From assembly GCA_905331485.1 (NCBI GenBank), contig CAJNYT010005354.1, positions 24,361 to 88,360 on the forward strand: 64,000 bases of DNA, given 5' to 3'. Origin of the DNA: Rotaria socialis (Eukaryota). The translations under genes and the position numbers were made by a program. The notes under the pieces are model-generated. The model was given only the letters and a program-made list of their open reading frames with translations. It did not search any database and was not told where the DNA came from. Below are positions 25,801 through 38,514 of this stretch, piece by piece (position 1 is the stretch's first letter; each line of letters begins with the position of its first letter).

Positions 25801-26798
25801 CAGTTAAACCAACTGAATTTGTACTCGAACATTTACCGAAAAGTATTTCAGTTGTTGGACATATTAATAGTGCACCAAATAATTTTACTGTTTATGTAAG
25901 TCGAAATTCAGTAAACATGTTAAATTTAACAATAATTGATATATATATATATATATATATATTTACTGAGTATTCATAGACAAAGTAGTGACTATAGATT
26001 GAAGTCGACAGGATATGCAGACATGTTGTCATACATAGCTAGATACTTCAATATGAGTAATGCAACGCATATCGTTTGTATTAAATAGGCATGACGGTTC
26101 CAGATAAGTATAATCTCATTAGAATGCCTGTGACATTTTGCTCAAGCTATGAGAGGAAAGGGCAATATGTAGAATTGATTATTTGTATAGCAGATGATTG
26201 TGTATTTATCGAAAGAGGAGCAGGATTTATTAAAGAGAAATTAAACTTCTTCTAGTCGTCTCATCATGACTTTCAGTTTTGTATGGTTCTCTTGTTAGAA
26301 TGAATTGATTGAATGTTTGATTATATAAGGTAAGTAAAGTGCTATGAAAGAGAAAAAAAAATCCCGGCTTGTGTTAAATGCTTATGCTGAAATTAGAGAG
26401 TATTGAGAAACACGCAAAGTTTTTCATTTTTAGATCAGCTATGACGATTCCCGATAGCTTAGGAAAGGCGAATGGTTGACATATTTTCTTTTCTCTTTTT
26501 TTAGGCGTTAAAAGATAAAAATGATAAAGAAGGTACGGTTCTCGGTCGATATTATTATGATGCAGAAAATGGCCCATCACTTCAACGGTTTAAACCTCAG
26601 GTTTGTTTTCTATTTATTTTTTTGAAATAAATTTTTTTCTTTTCTTTAAAAATTTAGCTTGCAAATGTTCAAACAATCGAATATGTTGAACTTCGAGTAT
26701 CGTCCAATTGGGGTAATCCAAATTATACATGTGTATATCGATTTCGTGTTCATGGTGATTTGCCTTCGGTACAATCATCAACGTCACCGGCTGCATAG
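22889..26798 (+). CDS. SUN-domain (Sad1/UNC-84) nuclear-envelope protein, 9 exons
   Basis: Exons 22889-23097, 23160-23195, 24184-24821, 24933-25363, 25420-25492, 25551-25669, 25728-25895, 26505-26600 and 26658-26798. The TM segment LILLPIKLFKFLCSTLFSLPWWLLIPLLFLLGIYF lies in exon 3. The SUN domain is split across exons 5-9: YSADETGQADYALEANG | GKIVDTRCTEYT..FLGIPIVHMSKQPDIMIK | AGRMPGQCFPFKGDQGSVIIKLAVPVKPTEFVLEHLPKSISVVGHINSAPNNFTVY | ...GRYYYDAEN.. | VELRVSSNWGNPNYTCVYRFRVHGD. The NW.hPeYTC.YRFRVHG hallmark is present. Stop TAG at 26796-26798. Confidence 0.8.
25939..25964. repeat. (AT)n microsatellite in a SUN-gene intron
   Basis: atatatatatatatatatatatat, read directly from the sequence. 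Confidence 0.9.
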
Positions 26799-28434
26799 AA
26801 TTGCATAATTGTTGTTTTCATTTTCTTTTACAAAAAAAAGGAACTCATTAAAAAAAAAGCAAAAATGTTTTTTCTAAACATTATCGCGATAGTTCATATT
26901 GAATGACGCATAATGAAAAATTGCCCTTTGTTTGTTTCTAAAAAACGTCTAGCTTGTGTATTTAGAAAATAAAACAGATTAAAAAGATGTTTATGAAAAA
27001 TAAATGTAGACATTCTTTTTTTTCCTTTGTTTATTTGTACGTCTGTGTGGTTATTCTATTTGTTCAATCACGCTCATTTCCTCATTTCTTTTTGTGTAAT
27101 TGTCGGTGTGCTTCTTTCATTTTTTTTTTGTCAACTTATATGTTCGAAAATAAAAATCTAGAGACCTTTGCAAATAACAGCGAACAACAAAGAAATGTAC
27201 AAGTTATTCGTAATAACGTCGGAAGTAGATATTCATATGCAAAGTTCAAGAGAATGTTGTGAGAGTTCGCAGAGGAGTGTTAACACAATGAAAACTTTAA
27301 AATCGGTCTATGAAATGAGCTATTCATTGCTGTGAGTTAGCAAGTTAAATGTAGTGGATATTTTATTTTACAAGTGTTCGTAAACTTATTTTTATATGTA
27401 TATGCTCCTTATATTCATATTTTAGGATTGTACAGCAATGGTCGGCTAGAAGATATGATATGAAAGTGTCGACATTATTATGTTAGGTAAGCCCGGAGTG
27501 ATTGCCGTCGACTTCTGATGCATATTCAGCGTTGGATTTGTCCTCAATAAGCGCTTTTCGTCCCCTTTCACGCTAAAATCCAGTTCGGATAGGACGAATA
27601 TTGAAATTGCAAACTCGGATTTAGTGAGAATATCATGTAAGAATTTTAAACGGGCTAATTTTTGAAATATACTGAAAATTGAGGCGTTTATTAGATTGAG
27701 AAAAATCAATATGATGCTCGAAGAACTGTCAAATCGTTTTTTGGTAATCCAATCCAAAGCATACATCTTGCAACATAATAAATTAAATTTATGCAGTCGA
27801 CTTATTTCATAGTTTTGATCTCAATCTCATTCGATGTTTGAAATTCTTATTATTTAACCGTTGAGGAGGAAAAAAAATAAATACTTGACATTCATTCTAT
27901 CGACTAGGCTTAGATCATTCGTGATTGGACATTTTCGAATATCCTCGGTTGAGAAAATAAAACAACTAATATTTGGTAAAAAAACAATTTTTATATTATC
28001 GAGATCAAGTCATTTATGTCAGTGAACGTGTACATTTTATTAGTAATCATATTACATTTCATCATAAATGTTCTATTTTCAAAATAGTAGAATAGTTTTT
28101 GAAACTGCAGTTTTCTTCATGATGTTGTTATCATGATGACTCATCATCACATCTTTATATGTGTATTTGCGTGCTGTGTCGTCGTTATTATTAACTTGAA
28201 GGGCTATAAAATTAAACACATGGGTTGTGCAATAACAACGGTAACGCACGTAAAAAGAGAGAAATATAGATTTTTTTTCTCTTTTTTCGAGGGGTAAAAT
28301 TGCACAATTGCTGCGTAAAAATATTTCACTGCTTTTCTCGCAATATCTCGTTCATCTCTCCCGTGTTTTTCAGTTTTTTATAAGTAGGCATTCATTTTCT
28401 CATACATTCGTCTAGATTACCATCGACAAATAAC

Positions 28435-31400
28435 ATGAATCCGTCAACATCGACTACATCTTCTGGTAAAGGTGGTGCTGGTCCATTGTACCGCATACCA
28501 CCCTACTATTATATTCATGTTTTGGATCAGAATACAAACGTCACACGACTTGAAGTTGGTCCTAAAACATTCATTAAACAAGACAATGAAACAGTTACGG
28601 TCGGACCAGAAAAAATGATTACAGTACCGTACGTAAATTAATTCGAAAAACAACAAAATAAAAATAAAAATAACATTTAGGCCGCGTCACTATTGCGTCG
28701 TTGAATCACCTGTCATACGCAATGACGCAGGACAAGTTCAATTCGATGCTAATGGTCAAGCTAAACTTGTTCATGCTGATTTGGATATTCGTCTTACACA
28801 AACTGATCAAGCACCGTTTCCACTTTATCCAGGCGAAGTTCTTCGTCAGGTAGCAAAATTTATATTATTACTTTTCATTTTTACAATCTAGTTTTTGATA
28901 GCCAGTTACGCCACTTAAAGTCGTGCCAGCTAATTCAGCTTTACGCTTAAAGGCTGTACTCGACTTCGACGATGATACAGCAAAAGAACAGCGTCGCGCT
29001 GGTGATGAATGGCTATTTGAAGGACCAGGCACTTACATTCCACGAAAAGAAGTTAGTGTAGAAGAACAAATTCGTGCCACGGTCATTAACTCGAATCAAG
29101 CGATTCGATTGTGTGCTAAAAAAGAAATCATCGATCGAACAGGTCAACGACGTGTCACCGGCGAAGAATGGCTAATAAAAAAAACCGGTGCTTATCTACC
29201 ACTTGCCTATGTAAGAGAAATTACGTTTGAAAATTCTTATCCTAACTATTATTTCCATAATCTAGGAAACTGTTATGTCGGTTGAAAATGCTCATGTATT
29301 AACAGATAAAAAAGCATTACATCTTCGTGCTCTGAAAACATTTACGGATGATTTTGGTAAAAATCGTATGAATGGAGAAGAATGGCTTGTAACTCTCAAA
29401 GATACTGAAAGTCATACACTCAATGTTTATGAAGAGTTAGTGGCTTTAGTTGGTGTAATAACACTTAATTCACGGCAATATTGCGTTGTTCTTGATCCAG
29501 TTCAAGACGGAAAACCGCAATTGGGAAAAAAGGTTTGTGGTAGTATTATTTTTGTCTAAGTTATCATTTGTTGTTTCTAATAGAGACTTATTGTTGGTGA
29601 AAAATCATTCTTTCTTCAACCGGGTGAAAAACTTGAAAATGGTATTCAAGATGTGTATATATTGGGTGAAGATGAAGGTGTTATTCTTAAATGTATCGAA
29701 GCATTTACCGATGAACAAGCTTGTGTTGAAAGAAATCCCGGTGACAGATGGATGATTCGCGGGCCAAAGTAAGAAATCGATTCATTGTGTTTCAGTTTGA
29801 AAATTTTAATTTTTTTCTCGCTCTAGTGAATATATTCCTCCGACACAAGTTGAAGTTGTTACACGTCGGAAAGCAATGCCTTTAGATGAAAACGAAGGTA
29901 TCTATGTTCGTGATATCAAAACCGGTCGTGTACGAGCTGTTGTTGGTGAAACTTATATGCTCACACAAAATGAAGAACTCTGGCAAAAGGAATTACCTAA
30001 ACAAGTTGAAGAATTACTTTCTCGTGACCCGCTAGCCGAACGAAATGTTCCAACACGTAATCAAGGTGCAGATAAAACTCAACAACAAGCAACTACGACA
30101 ACACAAACAAGTTCAAAAGCAAGCGCAACTCAACGTGATAAATCGAAATTAGTTGCGTATCGTGTGCCACACAATGCCGCTGTACAGATTTATGATTATA
30201 AGGCTAAAAAAGCACGTATTATCTTTGGTCCTGAACTTGTTATGCTCGGCCCAGAAGAGCATTTTACATTACTTTCATTGAGTGGTTCTGTACCAAAAAA
30301 ACCAAACCAAATTCAAACACTCTGTTTACTTCTTGGTCCTGATTTCTTTACCGATGTTATTGTTATTGAAACAGCCGATCATGCTCGTCTTTCACTTCAA
30401 TTATCTTACAGTAAATTGATAAATTTCAAAAAAAAAAAAAATTTTTTTAATTCTCTATTTTTTTCTTTAGACTGGCATTTCAATGTTAACGACACTAAAG
30501 ATGAAAAAGAAGCTGCTAAACTTTTTTCAGTACCCGATTTTGTTGGCGATGCAGCTAAAGCTATTGCATCGCGTATTCGAGGTGCTGTTGCTGGAACTCA
30601 ATTCGATGATTTCCATAAGAATTCAGCTCATATTATTCGTGCAGCTGTATTTGGTCTTGATGCGAATCAACGTACACGAGATGAATTCATTTTCCCGCAA
30701 AACAATCTCGTTATTACATCGATTGATATTCAAAGTGTCGAACCTGTTGATCAACGAACACGTGATGCACTTCAGAAGAGTGTTCAATTAGCTATTGAAG
30801 TAAGATAAACGTAATTGAGATCATCCGTATCAATGAGCTTTTTGATTTTTTAGATTACAACAAATTCACAAGAAGCTGCAGCTAAACATGAAGCGTCCCG
30901 TCGAGAACAAGAAGCGAAAGGTTTACTCGAACGTCAACGCATAAAAGATGAAGCTGAAGCTGAAGAAGTTCGACGACAACTTCTTGAATTACAAGCTGAA
31001 TCAGCTGCTGTTGAAGTCAGCGGTCATGCTAAAGCTGAAGCACAAAGTCGAGCTGAATCAGCTCTCATTGAAGGCAAAGCTGCCGTTGAACAAGGTAAAA
31101 ATTAAATCGAAGTGTTTAAATAATGAACTTTTGGTTTTATTCTTTCTTTTGATTAGCTCGTCTCAAAGCCGATGCGACACGTATTGAAGCGGAGGCTGAA
31201 TTGGAACGTTTGAAATTAGCACGCGAAGCTGAAATCAAATATTTACGTGAACAAAATGAATTAGAAATCACGAAAAAAGCTGAAATGTCAAGAATTGAAA
31301 CCGATAAATTCAAATTGCAAGTTGAATCGATTGGCGCATCAACCATACAAGCTATTGCTACGTCTGGTCCAGATACACAAGTTAAACTTTTACAAGCACT

Positions 31401-31557
31401 TGGTCTTCAATCAATGTTGGTTACCGATGGCCATTCACCAATCAATCTTATGGGATTCGGACAAGGTCTTCTAGGCGGTATGACCGGAAATACGAATCAA
31501 AAACCACGTACATTGACTGCAGCTTCGAGCAATTATCATGTCGACGAACATGAATAG
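28435..31557 (+). CDS. MVP: major vault protein, paralog 1, 9 exons
   Basis: Exons 28435-28628, 28681-28849, 28902-29210, 29266-29532, 29584-29768, 29827-30410, 30471-30799, 30854-31094 and 31157-31557, all with GT/AG splice sites. The translation runs [48 protein letters not shown]...[35 protein letters not shown]...[13 protein letters not shown]...[94 protein letters not shown]...[32 protein letters not shown]. It is colinear with vertebrate MVP (vault repeats, shoulder and cap-helix regions). Confidence 0.9.
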
Positions 31558-32452
31558 ATATAAGATTTAAAATATTTCTTTTTCTGTCTATCGTCGCTGT
31601 ATGTTGAACTTTATATTATATACACTTAGTTTGATTTCTTATTAAATAATACGTATATGTAAGAATAATAAAGGTAAAATAAGAAAAAAAAGTAGTTGCA
31701 ATTCTTTCTGTACGACTCTCTACTGTTTACTTTTAAGCGTAACGAATGTCTGGCTATAATGTCATTGCCGTCGGAGATATATCGAACTTGAAAAGCTTGC
31801 CATTTCGCAAAATTTCATGGGTAAAATCGTAGAGTCTCTAGTTATTCATCGAATTTCATGTGGAAAAGTTTCTTCTCGCTTGAGAAACATCATTTCTACG
31901 GACGGTGCACAGAGTATTGTTTTCGATCTACAGATAACAGAACCTCCTGGTTTCATACTTCGGCATGATATTGATTGCATTGAAATGCTTTTCTTCAGAG
32001 ACCGTCAATCAATTCAATCTTTAGCTAGGCCAACAATTATTGTCTTTTATATAATAAGTAATTTCACTCGATTAATTGACGATTTCGTTCTGTGCATAAA
32101 TTCAAGGACATTTATTTTTTGCTTGCTTTTCTTCTTACTGCAATTTCGTTTCTGTGCATTATTTTACTCGACTATTGGCAGCTTCTTATATTACTCGGTA
32201 ATGATTGAAAACAAAACTCATGGTAATTCACCTTGAATTTTTTCGTTTCAGCAAGCGTCTGAATAATAAATCAAATAATTTTTCGAAGTATACTAATATT
32301 TTATTTTTGATAATTGTGATAGAAAAAAAAAGATTCTATAGGTTACACAAATACATAAAAAGAAATGAATGTCATCGGTAAAAGTTCGCTTTTTCGATAA
32401 AATCTGACTGCACCACATCAACACTGTATTAATATGTTGTATGAATGAACGC

Positions 32453-35400
32453 TCAATGTTGTTGTGGGGCTCCTGCTCCGACCAAATCAACAGCTGTATT
32501 GAAAAGATTGATTGGACTACGTCCGTCAGTAATCAATGTAGATTTGATGCCAAGAGCTTGAAGAAGTTTAACCTAATAAGACGACGTTTTTCGTTAATGA
32601 TGACGTACACAAAATACAATTATGAAAAATCTTACTTGATTATCGGGTCCGCTAGTAGCAATAGCTTGGATTGTTTTTGATCCAATAGAATTGATGTGTT
32701 CTTTAAATTCTTGAATTTCAATATCAGCTAATCGTTTCGTTTTTTCAATTTCTAAATCAGCTGATAATTTTGCATATGCTAATTCAAGTTCTCGTGCTTG
32801 TGTTAAACGTTGAAGTTCACTATCGGATTCAATTTTTGTTGCTTCGGCACGAAGTTTAGCTAGAAGAACAAAATGCCTATGTAATGAAATCTAGAATCAT
32901 ATCGAGATAAGAGTGTTTACCTTGATCAACAGCAGCTGAACCCTCAATTTTAGCAGCTTCTGCGCGCGATTGAGCTTCAGCTTTAGCTTGACCAGTTGAT
33001 TCAACGGCTGACGATTCAGCTTGCAGTTGTAATAGTTTTCGACGTTCTCTTTCGGCTACAAACAAAAACAAAACGTATGAAAATCTTTGCTTACAAAAGT
33101 GCTAATCAATTATTATTTTACCTTCAGCTTCATCAGCAATCTTTTGTCTTTCTAAATGACCTTTCGCTTCTTGTTCGGTACGCGAAGCCGTATGTCTATA
33201 AAGAGAAATATTGAAAAAATTCAATACGAATTCATCAATGATGTTTACTTTGCTTGAGCTTCTTGAGAATTTGTTGTAATCTAACGAAACAAAATTCATT
33301 GAAATGAATGATGCCAATTATGCTGATCTTACCTCAATAGCTAATTGAACACTCTTTTGAAGTGCATCCCGTGTCCGTTGATCAACAGGCTCGACACTTT
33401 GAATATCAATCGAAGTTAAAACCAAGTTATTTTGTGGAAATACGAGACGTCTGTTAACTCGTTTGTTTTCATCAAGACCAAAGACTGATGCGCGAATAAT
33501 TTTTGCTGAATTCTTATGAAAATCATCGAATGAAATGCCAGCAACGGCACCACGAATCTTCGCAGCAACAGCCTTGCAAAAGTCTCCAATGAAATCTGGA
33601 ACCGAAAAGAGTTTTGCAACTTCTTTGCTATCTTCACGATCACTGACCTGAACATAGAACGGTTTACTTTTTAATAAAAAGAAATACCTCAATGGTTCTT
33701 ACTTCAAAATGCCAATTATATGAAAGTCTAAGTGAAAGACGAGCATGATCACTTGATTCAATTGTAACAATATCACTTGAGAATTCTGGTCCCAATAGAA
33801 GACAGATTGCTCGAATTTTGTTTGGGACTTTAGGTTTTTCACCGGATAAATTCAAAACTGTAAATTGTTCATCAGGGCCAAGAATAACGAGTTCAGGGCC
33901 AAAGACAATGCGGGCCTTTTTAGATTTAAAGTCATAGATTTGTACAGCAGCATTGTGTGGTACACGATAGCTAACAACTTTTGATTTATTTCTTGGGGGA
34001 ACAACAGCTGATGCACCTGATTTATCTTCGAAGTGTCGAGCGTCTAAAACAAGTAATTGCTCGACTTGTGCTGGTAAATCTTTCTCCCAAAGTTCTTCAT
34101 TTTCAGTTAATAGATATGTTGTGCCAATGACGGAACGGACTTTACCACTTTTAACATCACGAACATAGATTCCTTCGTTAACATCCAATGGAATTGCTTT
34201 ACGTCGAAGTACAACCTCGGCTTCAACAGCCGGTATATAATCTTTAGGTCCTCGAACCATCCAACGATCACCAGGGTTTCGTAAGACTTTCTATTGATAG
34301 AGATCGTCGTTATTTTCTATTATTCATAAACAAAAGCGCAAACTTACGTCGTCTTCTTTAAACGATTCGGTACAACGAAGAATAAGACCTTCGTCTTCTT
34401 CAAGTACGTAAACATCTTGAATACCATTTGCTAATTTTTCACCAGGTTGAAGAAAGAATGTTTTTTCACCCTGAAAAATAGAAAATTTTTAACTAGTTAC
34501 TTACAATTGATAAATGCAATTGTCTTGTTTCTCATACTTTAATTAGTTTTTTTCTTCCAAGTTGAAGTTTACCATCGGCATCAACTGGATCCACAATAAC
34601 ACAATATTGACGAGAGTTCAATACTGTCACTGCCACAACGCCGACAACCTACAAAAAAGAAGTGATATTTCCTTTGCATCGAAGAAAACACAAGACAAAC
34701 ACACTTCTTCATAAACATCAGGAATATAGGTTTCACTATCACTTGCATAGACTAACCATTCTTCACCATGGAGACGCTTGCGTTTGAACAGATCAGTGAA
34801 CGTACGTAAAGCGCGAACATGAAGAGCTTTCTGAAAAAGAAATATATAATAGAATATTAAGGATGCTGTACAGAATCAAAAAATCATACTTTATCCGTAA
34901 GTACATAGGCTTTGACAGTCGAAACAACTTCTTCATAGGCCAATGGTAAATATGAACCGACGGTTCGGTTAAGCCATTCTTCGCCGGTTTCTCGTGCTAC
35001 ACCACTTCGATCTGTCATTTCTTTCTTAGCACGTAAACGAACGGCTTCATTTGGTTTAAGAATAACAGCCTTAATTTGTTCTTCTACACTAACTTCTTTA
35101 CGTGGGAAATAAGTGCCTAAACGTCAAAACATAAAATTTTCTAGTTATCCGCTAAAATCTCATCGTTTCGTACCAGGTCCCTGGAAAAGAAATTCGTCTC
35201 CAGCTCGGACTAGTTCACTGTGATCATTGGTGAAGTCAAGAACTGCGCGAAGACGTAGTGCGCAATTTGGTTCAATAACTTTCAATGGTGTAACATTTTG
35301 TTTGAGAGTTTCTCCCGGGTAAAGCGGAAATGGTTCCTGTGCAAAACGAATATCAACATCGGAATGCAATAATTTAACTTGACCATTAGCATCTATAACA

Positions 35401-35737
35401 ACTTGGCCATTTTTATCTCGAACTGCTGGATTCTCAATAACAGCATAATGCCGTGGACTATGAACGAAAACAATTTTTATTTCACGAAAACACAAGCAAT
35501 AAGTAAACGCACGGAATAATTAACATGCCTTCAGGTCCGAGTAAAACTTTTTCATGATCTTGTTTAACAAAAGTTTTAGGACCTACTTCAAGTCGAGTTA
35601 CATTTGTGTTCTGATCGAGAACATGCAAATAGTAGAAAGGAGGAATTCGGTATACTAAATAGAGTACCATCGTCGATATTTAGAACAACAACAGATTCAT
35701 CATGCAACTTACCACCGGTAGTTTTCGAATCAGTCAT
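32453..35737 (-). CDS. MVP: major vault protein, paralog 2 (diverged inverted duplicate), 14 exons
   Basis: Minus-strand exons 35737-35713 (MTDSKTTG), 35654-35513 ([35 protein letters not shown]), 35457-35174, 35116-34890, 34830-34705, 34648-34538, 34470-34348, 34290-33703, 33647-33333, 33280-33249, 33195-33122, 33055-32921, 32859-32636 and 32572-32453 (..[39 protein letters not shown], stop). About 65-70% amino-acid identity to paralog 1. The true N-terminal exon is 58 nt upstream of the ATG that the ORF track suggested. Confidence 0.85.
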
Positions 35738-37089
35738 CGATAGATTTTCTTATCCAAAAAAGAACAAAAAACGACAAATCTGTAAGAATAAGGAGTGCTT
35801 TTATGTATGCTAGTATCCGTTGAAAAAAAAACTACGCTATAAAGGGGTTACATGCGAGAGAAATAAAAAAAAACAACATTTTTCAATTCGATTGTGAAAT
35901 GACATGAATATTAGTAAACGTCAAGTTTTGCGCGACTAACTCGCAATAAGAGTCGACTGAGGTTGATTCATGTGGTAAATAAGGAGAAAGAAAGAAACGA
36001 AGGGTTGTAGAGAGAGAATTAGAGAAGAACGCAAAAGCCGTGCTTGACATTGTGTGCTGCAATACTGCGGTGTAAAGATAATGACGTGGCGATTTCATGT
36101 GTTTCTGAAATATTCTATACGATAAATCCTCAGAATAGTTAATAAAAATATAATATTGAGTAAACCGTTTCTCAATTTATGAGTCAGTGATAAGAAATAT
36201 CTAAACAAAAATTCGACTTTCTGTTGCAATTGAAATAAAGCAAACAAAAACAAAAATCCAGGGTTCATTTTTGTTGTGCTTCTTAAATTTATTGGGATAT
36301 CGATCAAAAGAAGATGCTGCATCTTTTCATATGATAACCAGTCTAGACAGAAAGCGAACTTCATGGAGAAATGTGTTCTAGTCATCGTTGTTACCTTGAT
36401 TTTTCATGGCGACTTTTGTTTCATCGTCTCCTTAAACAGAAATAAGATCTGCAAATAAATAGGCAAAACATATTCTTTTGTTTTGCATCGCACAGAGTTC
36501 GAAAGATCTAGGTTGTGACCGAGACCATTTTCTTATGAAGTTGTGCTGTTGTTTTTGTAAAGGAGTGTTTTGACTATTAGAACGTCAACTGATCGTAGTT
36601 TTTCGTTGCTGAATAATTGAGTAAAAAAAACCCTTGGAATCTAGTTATTAAAATACCTCCAGCTGTTTCGATCATGAGTGATAGAACAATGGATGAAGTA
36701 TGAAATTGTGTATGCCTAAAATCCGTTAGTTTTATTTTGTAACATCTACTGAAGTATTCGTTTTACTTATCGCGAAACGTAAGGGTGCGAGGGATGGCGT
36801 CTTTCTTCGCTTCGTCGACATCCATACGCTAGTCGATTAAAAATATCCCATAGACTAGAAATGGTTTTAGCCAAGCAGTTTCATACCTTTATTTGAATTA
36901 GTAACAACATCAAATAAAACAAGCAAAAAAAAAACAACGAAACACTAAATTGTCACAGACATGCAAATTGTGCTGAAATGCAAAAAAGAAAGCAATTGAT
37001 TGATTATATCTGTTAAGCGCTAGATTCTGCCATGCTAAAACTCTGATTTGATGGGTATCAAAAAAACATTTGTTCTGTAGCCTTTTGAT

Positions 37090-38329
37090 TTACACGTCTC
37101 GTCGTGTAGTTATTATTGGACTATTATCGTTTACTAAATTACTTGAAATGCCAGGTTTTTTATCCATATCACGTGCTTCATTATACATTATAACACCAAA
37201 TATAACTATTAATGTGCCGAAACCACTAAGAAAAGTCACTGGATTTTTAAAAATCAGTACCGACAACCAAATCAGCAAAGCTCGTTTCACAGTATTAGCA
37301 ACACTAAACAAACAACAATGTATAGATTCAGTATTTTGACTAAATCTAGAGCTGTACCTATGTGTTATGGGTGATATATAAGCCATAACAGCGTAGGCTG
37401 AAAACGCCTGAATATGGTAAGATATACCGTTTAAAACGTAGATTAGGAAAAGTGATAAAGAAGTCGAACCCATCGCTGATAGAACATCGACATTGTAGAG
37501 CAGTATAGGTAGTTGAAAAACACAAGCCATCAAACTCGCCCAGAATTGTAATTCAATAGCTGTGTAACGATGACGGTCACCGCTGATTAATACTTTTGAA
37601 TATACATTTTGCAAACTTGAAAAGAAAAAGAAAACTGATAATATGTGAATTTTACTTTTTCATCATCTTACCATTCGAAAAAATTTGTACCCAATGCGCA
37701 TAAAAAGCCTATGATATTAAAACTTAATTCAAATGAGCTACAAAGAGAAAGCCCGATGGTAATTGGTATCATGGAAAATTTTGTCCAATGGCCAGTTTTT
37801 TCTCCAAGTACAATTCGACTAATGATCACTGTAAATAAAGGCGATGACGCTTTAATTGTTGCAACAAACGAAACAACAATATATTTTATGGCTAATAAAC
37901 CTAATACAACTGTACTACAGCGGAATGCTCCAATAAATATCATATCTTGAAAAATATTTTTTATACTGGGCGAAGTTTTATGTATCTGTGGTGATAATTT
38001 ATTTATTATTTGCATTTGTATAAAACTAGTTAAAATTGACAAAATAAGTTGATTCATGGCTAGAGAGAAAACAAATATATATGGACATGACCTATTGAAT
38101 AATACAAGTTTTTGTTACCTAACGAAAAAGCATCACCTTCAAAAATGTTAAGAATATATTTATTTGAAAAGAGTGTAGCACCCGATGAAATATACCAAAT
38201 AATTAAATATACAATCGCCATGGAATGCTGTAAACCTTGAGGAACCTCACGAAAAATTCGATCAGCTGATAGTAAAGCATTGGGTTTTTCTGTAGGTACT
38301 TCATTTAAACTCATTGGGGGCGCATACAT
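37090..38329 (-). CDS. SLC35-family (TPT/DMT, SLC35E-like) nucleotide-sugar/solute transporter, 4 exons
   Basis: Minus-strand exons 38329-38119, 38059-37672, 37615-37358 and 37303-37090. The C-terminus carries the family motif ISPITH|SVANTVKRALLIWLSVLIFKNPVTFLSGFGTLIVIFGVIMYN (compare SLC35E1 ISPVTYAVANATKRIMV...LGVFLYN), with multiple TM helices throughout. An in-frame 54-nt intron (37357-37304) is read through by the ORF track. Confidence 0.8.
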
Positions 38330-38514
38330 AACACTATCAAAAATGAATTACATACTCCGGACGGACAACTACCGAATCGAATCATTGATTTTGTACTGTA
38401 AAAACGATCATGCATTTCATTGGTTGTTACTATTGATCAATCATTTAAAATACCAAAGATGGTGTTGCGCGAAGTTAATTAGGTACAACACGGGTCGTAA
38501 TTAGTAAAAACAAA
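38330..38514. promoter_or_regulatory. inferred bidirectional promoter between the divergent SLC35E-like and sulfite oxidase genes
   Basis: The start codons of the two oppositely oriented genes are only 185 bp apart (38329 on minus, 38515 on plus). Confidence 0.4.

Noticed and set aside
29486-29755. ORF-track entries that overlap MVP exons in other frames (e.g. 29486-29755, 30483-30791, 33416-33655)
   Set aside because: These are alternative-frame artefacts of AT-rich coding sequence. The MVP frame is supported by homology along its whole length.
35482-35670. ORF-track N-terminus of MVP paralog 2 ([11 protein letters not shown]...) starting at the ATG at 35670
   Set aside because: A better model exists. 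The ATG at 35737 (MTDSKTTG) has a GTAAGT donor and a 58-nt intron, then splices into VYRIPPFYY. The 'MVLYL' residues are intron sequence.
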